Of a stretch of DNA of 64,000 bases, positions 38,861-51,646 are shown piece by piece. Under the pieces are notes generated by a model, which did no database searches, was not told the DNA's origin, and saw only the letters and a list, made by a program, of their open reading frames with translations. Source of the stretch: Gnetum montanum (lineage: Eukaryota; Plantae; Gnetophyta); assembly GCA_015680685.1 (NCBI GenBank), contig MNCI01000130.1, forward strand, positions 3,566-67,565, in the 5' to 3' direction. The translations under genes were made by a program, and so were the position numbers. Every line of letters begins with the position of its first letter. The stretch's first letter is position 1.

Positions 38861-40632
38861 GACAACTTCTTTGAGTTTTTGGTTTAAACTTCATTAAGGT
38901 TGGTGATGTGGTTTAATAGCTAGATCAGTGTAGATACGATGTTGATAGATTCGTGGATTAATGTCAATGATTTTATTAGAAGACCATGCAAATGTAGTTG
39001 ACCATTTTTTTTACCACTTCCAATAATCTTCTCTTCTATTATTTGTCAATATTGGCATTTATAATTATTGACTTTTTGTTATTAAGGAAAGCATATTCAA
39101 GTGTATCTAGTAAGGCTTTTAGTTCTAGCAGTTCTTGTTCATACTTACATGGTATCTTAAATTTTCCCTATTCTACATCCTCATATTGTTGAAACTTAGT
39201 GTATGGAGGTTTTCTTTGTATCTCTTCCATTTTGTCAATTTCTTCTATGTAGGCACTTGTAACTTTTTCAATTGGTTCCATGTATTTGATTGATTCTGAT
39301 TCAACTTCATTAATTAGCCACTAGGTGCTGTCTTGCTTTGTCATTGCTGCATATAGACATTGTTGTACACACATATCCTTGACACATCTAATACATGCTA
39401 GGATTGTATCTTGTCTTGTTATCTATAATTTCTACATGCAATTCCACCCATTGTCACATTATATGATACCTAAAACTCTTTATTTCTAGATAATTCCAAC
39501 TTCGTCCTCCTTGGAGATTTCCAAGGATAAAACCTTGATTCTTAATTTGGCATCTAATTTGTTTCATTGTAGTCTCACTCATTACTTTCATTGAGATCAA
39601 TAGTAGGCCAAGATTTCACTTTGGGTATGAAAGCCATTTTAATTTAGTTTATGCTTAAGTGTGTGTATTTTGAAAAATTATTTTAAGTATGAACGATAGG
39701 CTTGGTGATACTTGATGCAACCAATTGTGTAAGATCAACTAACTGGCAAACACTATCAAATCCCTAACAACAACACTGATGATGAGTGATAAAAAATTCC
39801 AACACTCAACCATTCAAGTCACAAGTGCTCACTTGTAACTAGATCATAATTCATGGATGGGAAATGTAAGTATACTAGTGAGTTGCTAATGAGTTTGTAA
39901 TCATTGTCTTCCCACTTAAAGTTAACGAGGTACAAAACATATGGTTTAACTCCTAGTGAGACATATGATAAGATGATGTTGTTTGGCTTTAAGTATGATA
40001 AAAGTAAACATAATGAAAATGATGGTAAATTCTATTTTTAAGTACAATGAAAATGTAAGGCTATTCTATCCTATGATGATAAGTATCTATTATTGGTCTT
40101 CCGTACACATCCTGGGTTAATGTAATTGTTATTGGGATTACCAAGTAACTTTACTACTAAGTGAATCAAGAAAAGTCACTACTGAGTTATCAAACAATAA
40201 CACTTTATGCCTGAAACCAATTATACTCATTCTCCCTTACTAATGAAAATTAGAATATTAAATGACTTAGGAAATATAAATGACATAGTAAAAGTAAACA
40301 ACATGGAAAGTAAATCTATTCCATGTGAGATGCTGTAATGATGAAGAACAATCTCAATATTTATTGTCATTCATGAATTGTGTCTAGGAATAGTCCACTT
40401 GAATATCAATGTTGTATCACTATAGTTCATCACATTGTGGGCATTCATAATTAACTCTAACTTCAAGAAAACAAACTGCAAGAATTTTGTTAACTATTAG
40501 CAAAAACTTGTTTTCGACTTGACAGCGGGCTCATATTTATAGGCATGACTATAGCCCACTACATTGTATCTATGATATCATATGTTGGGCTACGATATTA
40601 CATCTATGATATTGTAGTTCTTAACTTCATCA
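38861..40632 (-). mobile_element. Truncated Athila-like element: 5' LTR, PBS, leader and pol fragment
   Basis: LTR at 39780-40632, then a decayed PBS and a leader matching 13800-13920. These are followed by the protease tail (LDAKLRIKVLSLEI) and the Athila pre-RT linker LELKALLDTLEYAFL...FAWS...HRIY...LNQKLKEVVK. Confidence 0.85.
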
Positions 40633-40829
40633 GATTTTATAACTAAACATACAACATCTCTTGATGATTTTCCTTTTCTGCATTTTCTAATAATTTTTTT
40701 ACAAAAAATTTAGTGAAACTTAGAGAAACAAAATCTTATGAGTTTTCATCCTCCCAAGTTTCTACTAATCCAAAAATATCAAAATAATTAAAGAAACTAA
40801 TACTATTAAGAGAAATAATTTTATTTGAA

Positions 40830-41690
40830 ATTCCACTATTAATGTTTATGAATCCACAATGCATAAAATTTAATCATTTTCTTGGACTTATTATTTCTTT
40901 ATGGATGTGTTGTATGGAATCCTATTGTATCAAATAAATATTGGAAATAGATAAAAGAAATTCAAAAGCTTTTTCTACTTGATGAATTTAAAATGAATAG
41001 ACAAACACAATATGATATTATGCTTCTTGAAGGAGAGATGATGTTGTTATAGATTGAAGCTATTTGTTAGTTTATAGCCTAAACTCATGATCCTTTTGCA
41101 TTTTCATTGGATAAATATGTTAAAAAGTGACGATGAAAACCTATGATAAAGGATGGCTCTATGATAGAGTTTTATAGCATAATAAATAGAATATTCAACT
41201 CTAGATTTGTTATTATGATCCTCACCAAATTCATAAATTCGTAAAACAAGTAGTATTTCAAAAACATTAGAAAAGCATGGAAGAAAGAAAAAAGCATTTC
41301 TATTTGAATAGTATCATGAAATGCCTTAATTCAAATGCAAACTATTTATCTATTGTTATTTACTCATCTTTGATGCACAATTAGCATAGCACAAATGACA
41401 TCTTATCATTTGAATGTTGAAACATGTAGGTGGCTTAAAATTCTTCATGAAGAACTAATATGCCAATTGTGCAATATAAATAGCATTAAAGATGAATACC
41501 ACATTTTTCTATAATGTCATGGATTAGAGCACAGTAAACATAAATGAAATATTACTTGCAAATTTGGTTTAATTATTTCAAATATTACTAAGAATCCTTA
41601 GTAACTTTCTTAATTATGTTTTCAAAACTCATAGCATGTATATTTCTACTCTCTAGTAGATCTAGAGGGTTTACGAACATTATAAAATTT
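40830..41690 (+). mobile_element. Degenerate LINE ORF2 3' portion (RTE-X/L2-like C-terminus)
   Basis: YGCVVW, WK*IKEIQKLF, TQYDIMLLEG, then HLNVETCRWLKILHEELICQLCNINSIKDEYHIFL*C. The last matches the ETGRW...CxxC...EDExHxxxxC zinc knuckle of non-LTR elements. Confidence 0.7.
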
Positions 41691-42048
41691 TAGTTTTTGT
41701 TTTTGTTTTTATTTAATCAGAATCATATCTACTACATTCAAGTCGAAGGCTTGGGTTGGAGCCTAGGGGTAGCCACCTAAAGAGGTTAGGCTTTCACTCA
41801 TCTACCAACTCTCTAAGGATCCTACTTAGTAGGATGAGCACTGTGGCTTTGGGTGATGATCCCTTTTCTTTTCTTCCTTTGACCATTCTTCAACTTTTTT
41901 TTGTGTGCAATACATGTATTTATTTATACTCTCTTCCTTTTAGGTTGCTTTGATTATTAAGGGTGTTGAAACCTGAAATAACCCAGAATTTATGGAAGTT
42001 TATAAGTCTATGCTACCTTGTAGAATCAAACCTATGACCTAAGGTTAC

Positions 42049-43680
42049 TGATGGGACGCAATATCGCATAGGCCACGATATCGCGTACACAATATCACGG
42101 TCCATCACCAGTTCTATAAATAAGAGGTGGCTCTCCCTTGTTTCTCCATCTAGATCTAGACCTTAGCCAAAATCTTGCCATTTTTCCATTCCAGAGTTGG
42201 AATAATTTCCATGTGCCCGTAGTAGAAGTCCCAAAGTGAACGGATCTTTATTTGAGCAATTTTGTACCTGAGCACACGATTGTGTACGGCAATAAAGAAG
42301 AACTTTTGGATAAACCTTGCAGTGCATGGACTAAGCTAAATAGGACTTTAATTATTGTTAATTGTTTAAATGCTTTCTTAAGGGCTTAATCTCTCAACGC
42401 TCAATTCTCATAGTTAAGTGCATTCAGTACGACTACTTCGAGCACGTGCGTTACGCTTGGTAATCCCAGTAACGAATAGCATTTGTGATGAGTGGCGAGA
42501 TACCCCTACACTCAACCATACAAATACGAGTGTTTTCACGCATGATCTGGTCGAACTCAGCAGACGAACTAGTTGTGGCACCTAAATCGTTAACCTTAGG
42601 TCACAGTTCATTGTCTTCCCACTTGGACTAGTATTATATGTATCATGTATGATTTAGCCCAGAGTGAGGTGTATGATGTGTTCCTAATCTAATGATACTC
42701 TTCAAGGCAATGGAAGGTAAGATTAACTATGCTAAGAGGAAAGGGTAAGAGAATCTAATCTATCCTAAGTGCGATGAGAATCCGTTCCCTAATTATCCGT
42801 ACACATCTTGGACTTCGTGCACGACTACCACTAGGATTACCAAGCGTAGATCCTAGGTACACTACTGGGTTACCAAGTAGTCACACTTAAATGCTCGTAA
42901 TCAAGTCGTACTCATTCTACGTTCTAGGAGATAAGGGTAAGAAAGATTAACTATGAAAGCTGGTAAATACCAATTAAATAAATAAATAAACAAAGTGAAT
43001 GCTGCAATGATGAAGTAATCTCGATCTTTATTGCTGGTCATGTGCATGTCCAAGTACGTCACACTCGAATAAAGGATGCCATACAATTACATTCACCACA
43101 CTACGGGCATACACTGGAGAATAATCTATCTCTGGAAGGGGAAAATTGCCAAAGCTTCACTAAGGAACTAAAACTAGATGTCAAATGAGGGAGAGTCGTC
43201 TCTTATTTATAGACATTGCGACAGGTAGGACACAATATTGTGTATGCGATATTGTGACCCATGAGATATTGCGTGTGTGTTATCATGGGTGCGTTATCGC
43301 AACTATTAGCAATTTCATGACTCATCAGTTTGGTAATCCTAGCAGCGTTGCATTGGTTCAGGGTCTGAAACAGCAAGTGGGAATGGATACTGATGCTAGG
43401 TTAATTAAGGCTTAGTTAGTTAAAATTAGTTACTTAGTCTCTTCACTCTTTTCTCTCTTAGCATAAGTGATAAAAACAGAAAAGATATAAAAATCACATG
43501 CCTCAAGCTTACTTAACCATACAACCGTGACAAATACAAGTAAGCTTGGGAGGACAACGATTGATTAATCTTAGGTGTTCCATAAGGCATGTAGGCACTT
43601 AGTCTGTGGAATTCGATCAAATCCCGTGTGTAATGCTCGTATTCGTATAGTTGACTGTAGGGGTACCTTGCCACTCATCA
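42049..43680 (+). mobile_element. Athila-like solo LTR containing a second solo LTR
   Basis: TGATGGG...CCACTCATCA with a perfect TSD GTTAC (42044-42048 and 43681-43685). TATA CTATAAATA at ~42114. Confidence 0.92.
42486..43327 (-). mobile_element. Athila-like solo LTR nested antisense in the 42049-43680 solo LTR
   Basis: TGATGAGTGG...GACTCATCA with TSD ATTTG/GTTTG. Colinear with the LTR at 8669-9531. Confidence 0.88.
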
Positions 43681-43894
43681 GTTACTAAGCCAAGTCTTGT
43701 ACCACTAGGTTTCTTTAATTAGGGCACACTTTATTTCTAGTGAAGTGATCTTCAAGTCAAATAAAAATATGACAATGTTTTTGCCTCTTTTAAGCTACTT
43801 CAATTATGTCAAACTCTATTGGTGAAGGAGTCTTTAAAATATAAAATATTAAAGTGATATGAATCAATAAGTGGAGGGTGTTATAACCTAAAAT

Positions 43895-44020
43895 AACTGA
43901 AACACAGGTACACCCCAAGGTATATAGTCCAATTACAACTTTAAAACCTAGCATTGCCCACTAGAACTAAAACCATGACATGGAGCTTCTAAATCAAGTG
44001 TCTTACCATTAGGCTAACAC
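43895..44020 (-). mobile_element. tRNA-derived SINE-like copy 2
   Basis: Minus strand reads GTGTTAGCCTAATGGTAAG...GGTTTTAGTTCTAG...TTGGGGTGTACCTGTGTTTC. Confidence 0.55.
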
Positions 44021-44097
44021 TTTATTGTTACACAAATTAGTAAGGAGGATCATGCAAACCTAAGAGATCATATTACTTAATTAATTTAAACAATAAG

Positions 44098-44225
44098 GTG
44101 TTAGCCTAGTGGTATGGGTCTTAGTGTGGTAAACCGAGGTGATAGTTTTGGTTCTATTAAGTAGCACTAAGTTACAAACTTCTATATATTTTGGGGTGTA
44201 CCTTTGTTTCCAATACCCCCTCCAT
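44098..44225 (+). mobile_element. tRNA-derived SINE-like copy 3, inverted relative to copy 2
   Basis: GTGTTAGCCTAGTGGTATGG...TTTTGGTTCTA...TTGGGGTGTACCTTTGTTTC. Confidence 0.55.
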
Positions 44226-45719
44226 CTTTTAATTAATTTAGCCAACTCCTCTGTATTGAGACAAGATAAGATAATGGTGATATCACTTAATTAATTGCTC
44301 CTACAAAAAATGAATAGGTTATGTTTAGAAAATCATGAGCTTCATTAATAAGTCAACACAATTTATCCATGGACCTCCCATATCATGTATAAATCAAAAC
44401 ATTTATGCTTTCAACATATAGCTTAAATTCATGAAGAAATACCATATACAATGTGCATATACCAATTAACCTGCTAACCATTTCAATCCGCTACATGCCA
44501 GAGCTTCATGCCATTGTCTTGCTGTTCCTGGTTCGACTGAACTGCACACAAAGAACTACCCCTCTTCCATTTCCACTTCCGCAACAGCTACATCGGCAGG
44601 AGATGAATGTTCATCTACGCAGCTTCACCTTCGTGAATTGCTCCGACATCGCCATATCAAATCTTTGGTAAGTTTTGAAAATTCAATTTCTTGGCCGGCC
44701 GTTGCTATTTGGAATCAGATGCTCTCCTCGCCGCAAAACGGATGGCAAATTCATGCGAATTTTTGCGGAAAACTTTAAAGTTCCGTTCCTTTTCATTGCT
44801 GTCGCTGAAATTGCTCTATTTGTGTTCATATGGGAGAGCAAAAGGAGAGGAAGGGGAGCAAAATGTTTTGGGAAACAATGACGGTAGACCGACGACGGCA
44901 ACGCCAACAGCAGCAGCAGCAACAGCGCGCATGCCAATGGGACCCTGGCATCATGTATATAAGAAGGCATTCGGCGCTGTGCTTCTTTTTCTCATCTCAA
45001 ACTTTGCTCATGCTTTGCTCTGCTCTACTCTCGCTTACTTGCTTATGTTGTTTCCGTTGTTTCAGTTAAAGAAGACATCAGCGATATTTGATTTGGACCT
45101 TCCGTTTAAGGAATCTTTGGTGAGCTTCAGCTCCCTGGAGGACAACCACAGCGACGTCGCTTTGTGCTTGTTTTGATCATTCTTGCTGCAAGAATCTGCT
45201 CTGCTCTGCTGCAGTAATCTTGTTCTTTGGTTCTTGTGGTCACCATGTCAATGGCAATGAGGTTTTGGCTGCTTCCGCTGCTGCTCATCAGCATGGCAAT
45301 TCACGCCAGCGACCTTCTCTGCGTTGATGCCACCGCTGCTAGGTCTGATGGTATGTGTCGGGTTTTTCTTTATTCTGCATGTGTGTTGATTATTTTGAGA
45401 TTTACATCGGGCCAGCCTAATAAAAAGTCAGCTGCTGCACCATCCAACACAGCAACCAACAAATCTTGTTCAACAAATTTTGTCCTAAATTTATTCACTA
45501 CCGCAGAATACCACTAATCCCGTAATATTTCTAAGCCCATTCACCTATGGCCGATTTCTAATAGCACAGACTGTAAAATTCTTCCATAAAATCACAAAAA
45601 TCATCGCGACATCATAATATAAATTAAAAATGGGGTGTCGCCTTTGAACGAATTGAATGGCTGCAAACAGTACAAAGATAATAGTACTATACAGAATTCA
45701 TATAAGAGATTGGTTTTCA

Positions 45720-46628
45720 TTAACAAGGACGAAAACAAGCCAAAAAAGAAAAAAAAAAAAACAAAAAATGCAGGGACTGCTGAAAACATTCGTGGTGCTC
45801 AAAATAGACATGGAGCAGCCTGGAGAGCCTATCTGCAATGCTAGGGCAACTCTGACGCTGCAGACCCCTTAAACATTCTAGTGCAATTATTGCTGTCGTC
45901 ACAACACCATCAATCTGGTAGGATTTCTGCAACGATGGATCCACCCAATTTCTTAGGTTCTCTTCTCTATCTTCACTCTCACATGCATGTTTTATGTGGG
46001 GAATCAGTAACTGTGCCTCCTTGTGCCCGGAGATGAGCTGCACAAGCAGAAAACCAAAAGCAATGATGTCTTGTTGCTTATCAGGCTTAAGCTCCTTGTT
46101 GTTTTTGGCAAAATCTGCATTAATGCCAAACCTTGTGATGGCAAAATTTCCCAACTGTGCTTTGATCTTTTCATCCAGAAAAACATTGCTGGGCTTGACA
46201 TTTATGTGGGCACTGTTGTGCCTGTGGATGTGACCTAATCCATTTGCCACATCCACTGCAACTTGGAGCCTCTGTCTCCATGATAGGCCTTTCAAAAAAA
46301 CAGCAACAGCAGGAGGAGGCCTATTCCACACATTTTTCCTCTTTGCAAATGAAAATGGTGGCAGGTCTGGGCAGTTCTGCACCAGAGATCCACCATTCAC
46401 ATATTTGTAAACAAGAAATGATTTGCTGGGCTTCTGTTCCTCCTCCTGGTAGTAGCAAACTCCAAGAAGCTCCACCAAGTTTTCATGGCGGAGCTTGTGC
46501 AGAGGCTGTAGCCCTCCTGTAGCAAGCTTGTTACTCATTTTCTTCACCACCACATCTCTGCCCTTGATTTTGCATCTGTATGCCAAGCCCCCAAGATGAA
46601 GCCTTGAGCTAAAATTGTGGGTTGCTGC
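45720..46628 (-). CDS. Intronless LYK/LysM-RLK-related pseudokinase; 5' end obscured by gap, likely start ~46707-46728
   Basis: Open for 302 codons up to the gap: AATHNFSSRLHLGGLAYRCKIKGRDVVVKKM...LRHENLVELLGVC...LSWRQRLQVAVDVANGLGHIH...HINVKPSNVFLD...LGNFAI...DIIAFGFLLVQLISG...LRNWVDPSL. It has HxN instead of HRD, NFA instead of DFG, and no APE motif. Confidence 0.8.
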   Translation of the reverse strand, partial: AATHNFSSRLHLGGLAYRCKIKGRDVVVKKMSNKLATGGLQPLHKLRHENLVELLGVCYYQEEEQKPSKSFLVYKYVNGGSLVQNCPDLPPFSFAKRKNVWNRPPPAVAVFLKGLSWRQRLQVAVDVANGLGHIHRHNSAHINVKPSNVFLDEKIKAQLGNFAITRFGINADFAKNNKELKPDKQQDIIAFGFLLVQLISGHKEAQLLIPHIKHACESEDREENLRNWVDPSLQKSYQIDGVVTTAIIALECLRGLQRQSCPSIADRLSRLLHVYFEHHECFQQSLHFLFFFFSFLACFRPC

Positions 46629-47175
46629 NNNNNNNNNNNNNNNNNNNNNNNNNNNNNNNNNNNNNNNNNNNNATGATGAGTATGCTGATGTTTTTGTTGT
46701 TTCCCATAATGAAACGTGTGCATTTCATGGGGTAAAGATAGGGTAAAAAGCCAGTTCCATGCCTATAGTCATTCCTCTCTCTGTCTCTGCTTTATGCTTG
46801 TTAGTTCAAGAATCAGCTGTGAATGCTATGGATACCGGAGCTGCTAAACTAAAGGAACTGAAATGACATAGTTAATGAGAGTTTGATTGAAAGGATATGT
46901 CAAATGATGTGACCATTGCTTCCGGTGCTGGTTTAGAGATTCCTCTGCTCAAGTCCTCCTTGTCTTCATTGTAAGGTTTACACCACTCAGGCAAATATCG
47001 GGGTTCATCACAAACCAGTGGTGGAATGCTATCACTTTCATCATACATAAATATTTACTATTACGTGTATCATCATTCTTTTTTTTTTAAGATTTAGTTT
47101 ATATATTCTTTTTTCGTGGATATATGTTAGAACCATTTGCCTTCTCTGTTGTTTGAATTACAAGGCATTCCTTGC

Positions 47176-47291
47176 ATTGCCGTACAATAAAACATAAAGA
47201 TTGCCGCACAATATTTCTTGCTTTGCTGTACAATAAAACATAAAGATTTCCGCACAATATTTCTCGCTTTACCACACACTAAAACATGAAG
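47176..47291. repeat. Minisatellite, ~48-bp unit x ~2.4
   Basis: GTACAATAAAACATAAAGATT(G/T)CCGCACAATATTTCT occurs twice (47182 and 47228), followed by a partial third copy. Confidence 0.75.
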
Positions 47292-50200
47292 GGATGCTTT
47301 GTCTTTCTACAGAAAGTTTGGAAAGTATAAAAGTTGCAAGTTTACTGAATTCTGAAAATTGTTGTATTTTGAAAAGTGGTTTTCAGTTGAAACCACTCCC
47401 CAGATGTGTATGATGATGGGTGATGCTGCTAACTGTACTTAAAATTGTTTGAATTCATGCAAGGTTATGAAATTGTTACTAGCAATTTTTACATAAAGTT
47501 TCATGGTTTTAGAATGCCTCTGTTTGAATCGATAACCAAAACTAAACTAAACTTGGTTACAATGGATTAGGCGTGATGTATTATTAGCCTCATTTTAATA
47601 AATGTCCTAATATAGAACTAGCAAATATCTACAGCTAGCAATTGGAACAATAAAACAACAAGAATAGCAACAGTTAGTGTACGTTTAGTGTCCCAAAGCA
47701 ACAATGGCGGAGTTGCCAAAACATGAATCTTGAGGTTACAACGTTTTGAATTAGCTTGGTTGAATGATGAGTTTGAATTCAGGTATATTGTTAACATTTA
47801 TTTATGATGTATTACCTATATGATTTTGATATTGGTAGCATTGATAATTTTAATACTTTGAGAATAGCTAGAATGATAAGGAATATGGATATTATAAATA
47901 AAATCAATTTGGATTTTTTTGGTTTAAATCAAATGGAGATCTCAATCTATGGTGANNNNNNNNNNNNNNNNNNNNNNNNNNNNNNNNNNNNNNNNNNNNN
48001 NNNNNNNNNNNNNNNNNNNNNNNNNNNNNNNNNNNNNNNNNNNNNNNNNNNNNNNNNNNNNNNNNNNNNNNNNNNNNNNNNNNNNNNNNNNNNNNNNNNN
48101 NNNNNNNNNNNNNNNNNNNNNNNNNNNNNNNNNNNNNNNNNNNNNNNNNNNNNNNNNNNNNNNNNNNNNNNNNNNNNNNNNNNNNNNNNNNNNNNNNNNN
48201 NNNNNNNNNNNNNNNNNNNNNNNNNNNNNNNNNNNNNNNNNNNNNNNNNNNNNNNNNNNNNNNNNNNNNNNNNNNNNNNNNNNNNNNNNNNNNNNNNNNN
48301 NNNNNNNNNNNNNNNNNNNNNNNNNNNNNNNNNNNNNNNNNNNNNNNNNNNNNNNNNNNNNNNNNNNNNNNNNNNNNNNNNNNNNNNNNNNNNNNNNNNN
48401 NNNTGTATTCTTTGTGGGTATGCCAGAAAACTCTTTGGATTAGGGCTGAAAGGAACAATGGGCTCCCAACTAGATAGGCTTTCCTCATTAAAAACACTGT
48501 AAGACTATTATGTATTTATTTTTCATTTTGTTTGTTATAACTAAATTCTGTATTTTCTAGTCGAGCTGTAATTTTAACTTCTGATTTCAAGTTGAGGTAC
48601 AGAGACCTGAGTGATAATAACATTCAGATCAACTTCCTCCGCGTGTCAGATATTTGTATGTATTTTCCCTTTGTGTAACTAGTGATTTTTTCTCTTTTAT
48701 ATGCCTTTACATATAAAGGGACATAACTACAACCATAAGATGTACATTCTACGGAAACCTTGGTGAAAATAATCTCAGCGGCAAACTTCCTTACTCAATA
48801 GCGGCTATGAAGTCACTGAGCTACTTGTGAGTTTTTGTGCCTCAAAATTACATTATCTCTTGTTATGTATAAAATGCTTGCTCAAATATTTTTGCAACAA
48901 ATGCAGGAATGTTAGCCACAATTCTCTTTCAGGACAAATTTTTGATTTCTTCAGCAAGCTTTCAAAACTGTCCACTTTGTAAGAATTTTACTTGCTTACA
49001 AATAGCAATTGTTTGTTGACCATACAACATTATATCACTCGTATGCAGGCATTGTCAATGTTTAAAAAAGATATTGGTATACTTACCACATTTTGTTCAG
49101 ACTTTGTTGATCATTTGACAAGCTAAAACCTATGCTATAGTTTTAGATAGTATTTCTCCCTAGAATTATCTATAGCTTCAACATTCACAGTATACTCACA
49201 TATCATTAATTTTTTTCCGTAGTTGAGTCATTTATCAAAACACATTGTTCATGCTAGAGAAGTTTCTTTTATTCTTTTTGGTTTGAAAATGAATCAAAAT
49301 TTTTGTTGTAATATTTTAAAAATAGTCAGTCATTAAGAGTTTAAAACATTAGCCACTGAAATTCTAGACAACACATATGTTAATGTGTGAGAATTCTCAA
49401 CCCAAATGATTGCTTAATAAAACTATCCTTGTGTTATGAAGATATTGCAAGGCCTTTTATAGTGATAAATAATGTTTTCATCACCTAAATGGTTGGAACA
49501 TTTTATGCACCTCATCATCATCATAAATTGTGTTGTTTTCGGTTGCATCCTTGGGCAGTACCAATTAATCTTTATCTTTGAGCATGTTCTTAAGGTTCAA
49601 ACTCAAAAAATCTTTAGGAACCCTGCTATCTTCTTGTTGAAGTCCTTTATGGAATGCTTTCTCTCCAATATGGTACAAGTACAAATTACCACAAAAATTG
49701 AGCTTAGTTGAACCCAAAGTAAATGTGTTGCTCAATTTGTGCTACCATATTGAATCAGTTATACTGAGTTAATTCTTGGCTGAAAATGTCTCTGATGGCT
49801 CTGATGCCAATTGAGATAGATGAGGACTGCCTAGTGTGATTGAACATGTTCAACTTATAACATTTTCAAACAACTGGACTGATTGAAACAGGATACTTAA
49901 AAAAAATCTTACTAAAAAGTGAAAACTGGCATGCCTTTTTATAGACTTTTATGATTTTGGTTTTATAAATTAACAGTGTCATCACATCATATGCAAAAAT
50001 AGGTTAATGAAGAAATGTTGACATATAATTTCCTAATGCAGCTGTCACAAATAGCTTTAGTCCATTCAAGATCTCAAAATACTTTTGAGTACTGCTGTAC
50101 TTTCAATGTGCATCTAATAAATCTGCTTTTCATTCCGTTCACTTCTACAAGAATTTGCTCTTTTTGTACTGTCATGGAAAATTGTACCAGTTCAGAAATA

Positions 50201-51590
50201 TTGACAAATTTATCATGATTATTGTGCATCTTGGATATTGTTATGAAGATGGAAGGTCCACGGATGCAATAAAAAATCAGTTTCAATTTCAGTTATGAAG
50301 TTGTGTTATAGCATGTGAGCAAACTATTGATATAGATATAATGCGTTCTCCTTTTCTATGAATAGCAGTTACCTTTATGCATCTTGTTATTCGATAATGA
50401 GAATGAGAAAAAGAGTGTCAAGATCTTATGAAGACAAAATGTAGTCATCCAAGGATTTGCTTTCAATAGACTTAGGACACATTCTCTTGAATCAGTGAGG
50501 TCCAATTTGTTTGTAAGAATTAATAAGTTACATTCTTCCCCATTAATGTGGTTTAGCTTGTTGGTAAGATGAGAGTCATGCATGTTGCAAGTATCAGTTT
50601 CAACACTAACTGTGTGCACAGGTATAAAGAAATTATGTAAAGAAATGCCCAAACTGAACTGTGTTTAGTAGAACCCTAAGATTACAAAATCTTCACATGG
50701 CTGATATAAAATACTCAAGTTTTAGTTTTTGTGTCATTTATCCTGGCCCATATTATTAGTATGAATCTTCTTATAAACATCTCAACAACAGAGTATGCAC
50801 ATTTATTTAGTTTGAGGTTATATTTTCCTTAAGGAAACCATCATTTTTTTTGTTTCTGGATCTAAATGATTAAAACATGATTGCAGGGATCTATCCTTCA
50901 ATAAACTTTCACAAGGCATTCCCCCTAGTTTCAGGTCTTTGTCCAAGCTGTCTGTGCTGTAAGTAAATGAGGCTTTTGCTGCTCTCTTTTACTTTTACTG
51001 TTTTTATTGCATTTAGTGTAAACTATTTTTTGGGGGGTTTAAGTGTTTTTTATTATTTTCTGACAGACATTTGCAGAACAATCAACTGAGTGGGCCACTT
51101 AACGTTATCCACTATCTTCCTATCAAAGATCTGTAAGTTTACCCTCTTAAAAATTTTAAGAATGTTGCTTTTTCTCTACTTTCTCTAGAGGTTCAGAGAT
51201 GATCTCTAACGACCTTTTTAACTACCGTTGTAGTAGTTACATTGCAGCCAACTTATCATGTTTATAATTTTCATTTCAAATATCTTGATTTTTTTTCCTG
51301 TATTTTTGCAATTTTATTTCGCTAGGTGTCCTATACATAGTCATGGCAATTACTTCACTAACATTCTGCTATTTTTTCACGTGCTTTTAGGAACATTGAA
51401 AACAATAATTTCACTGGGTTGCCACCACCACACTTGTTGTCTGATCCAAGATTCAAGTATGTTTTCAAGGAATATATTTCAAATCACATTAATAATTAAA
51501 AATGTGTGGGCTATACTAGTAATGGTGTAATTGTGGTTTTATTATTCCAGGACAGGAGGCAATAATTTAAGCCCTTGCCCTAGTCCTCTA

Positions 51591-51646
51591 CCCCCTTCGT
51601 ATCAAGCACCCCCCTCTGTATCAAGCACCCCCTCCGTATCAAGCAT
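51591..51646 (+). repeat. 18-bp tandem repeat x3 (CCCCCTCCGTATCAAGCA) in the Pro-rich SRF exon
   Basis: Read directly from the sequence. One unit carries an extra C, which shifts the frame. Confidence 0.85.

Larger units (their letters stand above)
41958..43709 (-). mobile_element. tRNA-derived SINE-like copy 1, split by the solo LTR at 42049-43680
   Basis: The rejoined minus strand reads CCTAGTGGTACAAGACTTGGCTTAGTAACCTTAGGTCATAGGTTTGATTCTAC, with A-box-like and B-box-like motifs. Similar to 44098-44225. Confidence 0.55.

Noticed and set aside
43895-44225. Functional tRNA genes
   Set aside because: No complete cloverleaf can be folded, the B boxes are degenerate, and a non-tRNA tail is shared between copies.
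44453-45176. Short ORFs and a CAG run upstream of SRF
   Set aside because: Best explained as GC-rich promoter or 5' UTR with a microsatellite.
47176-47291. Possible CRISPR-like repeat array
   Set aside because: The units are contiguous tandem copies without unique spacers, the context is eukaryotic, and there are no cas genes.
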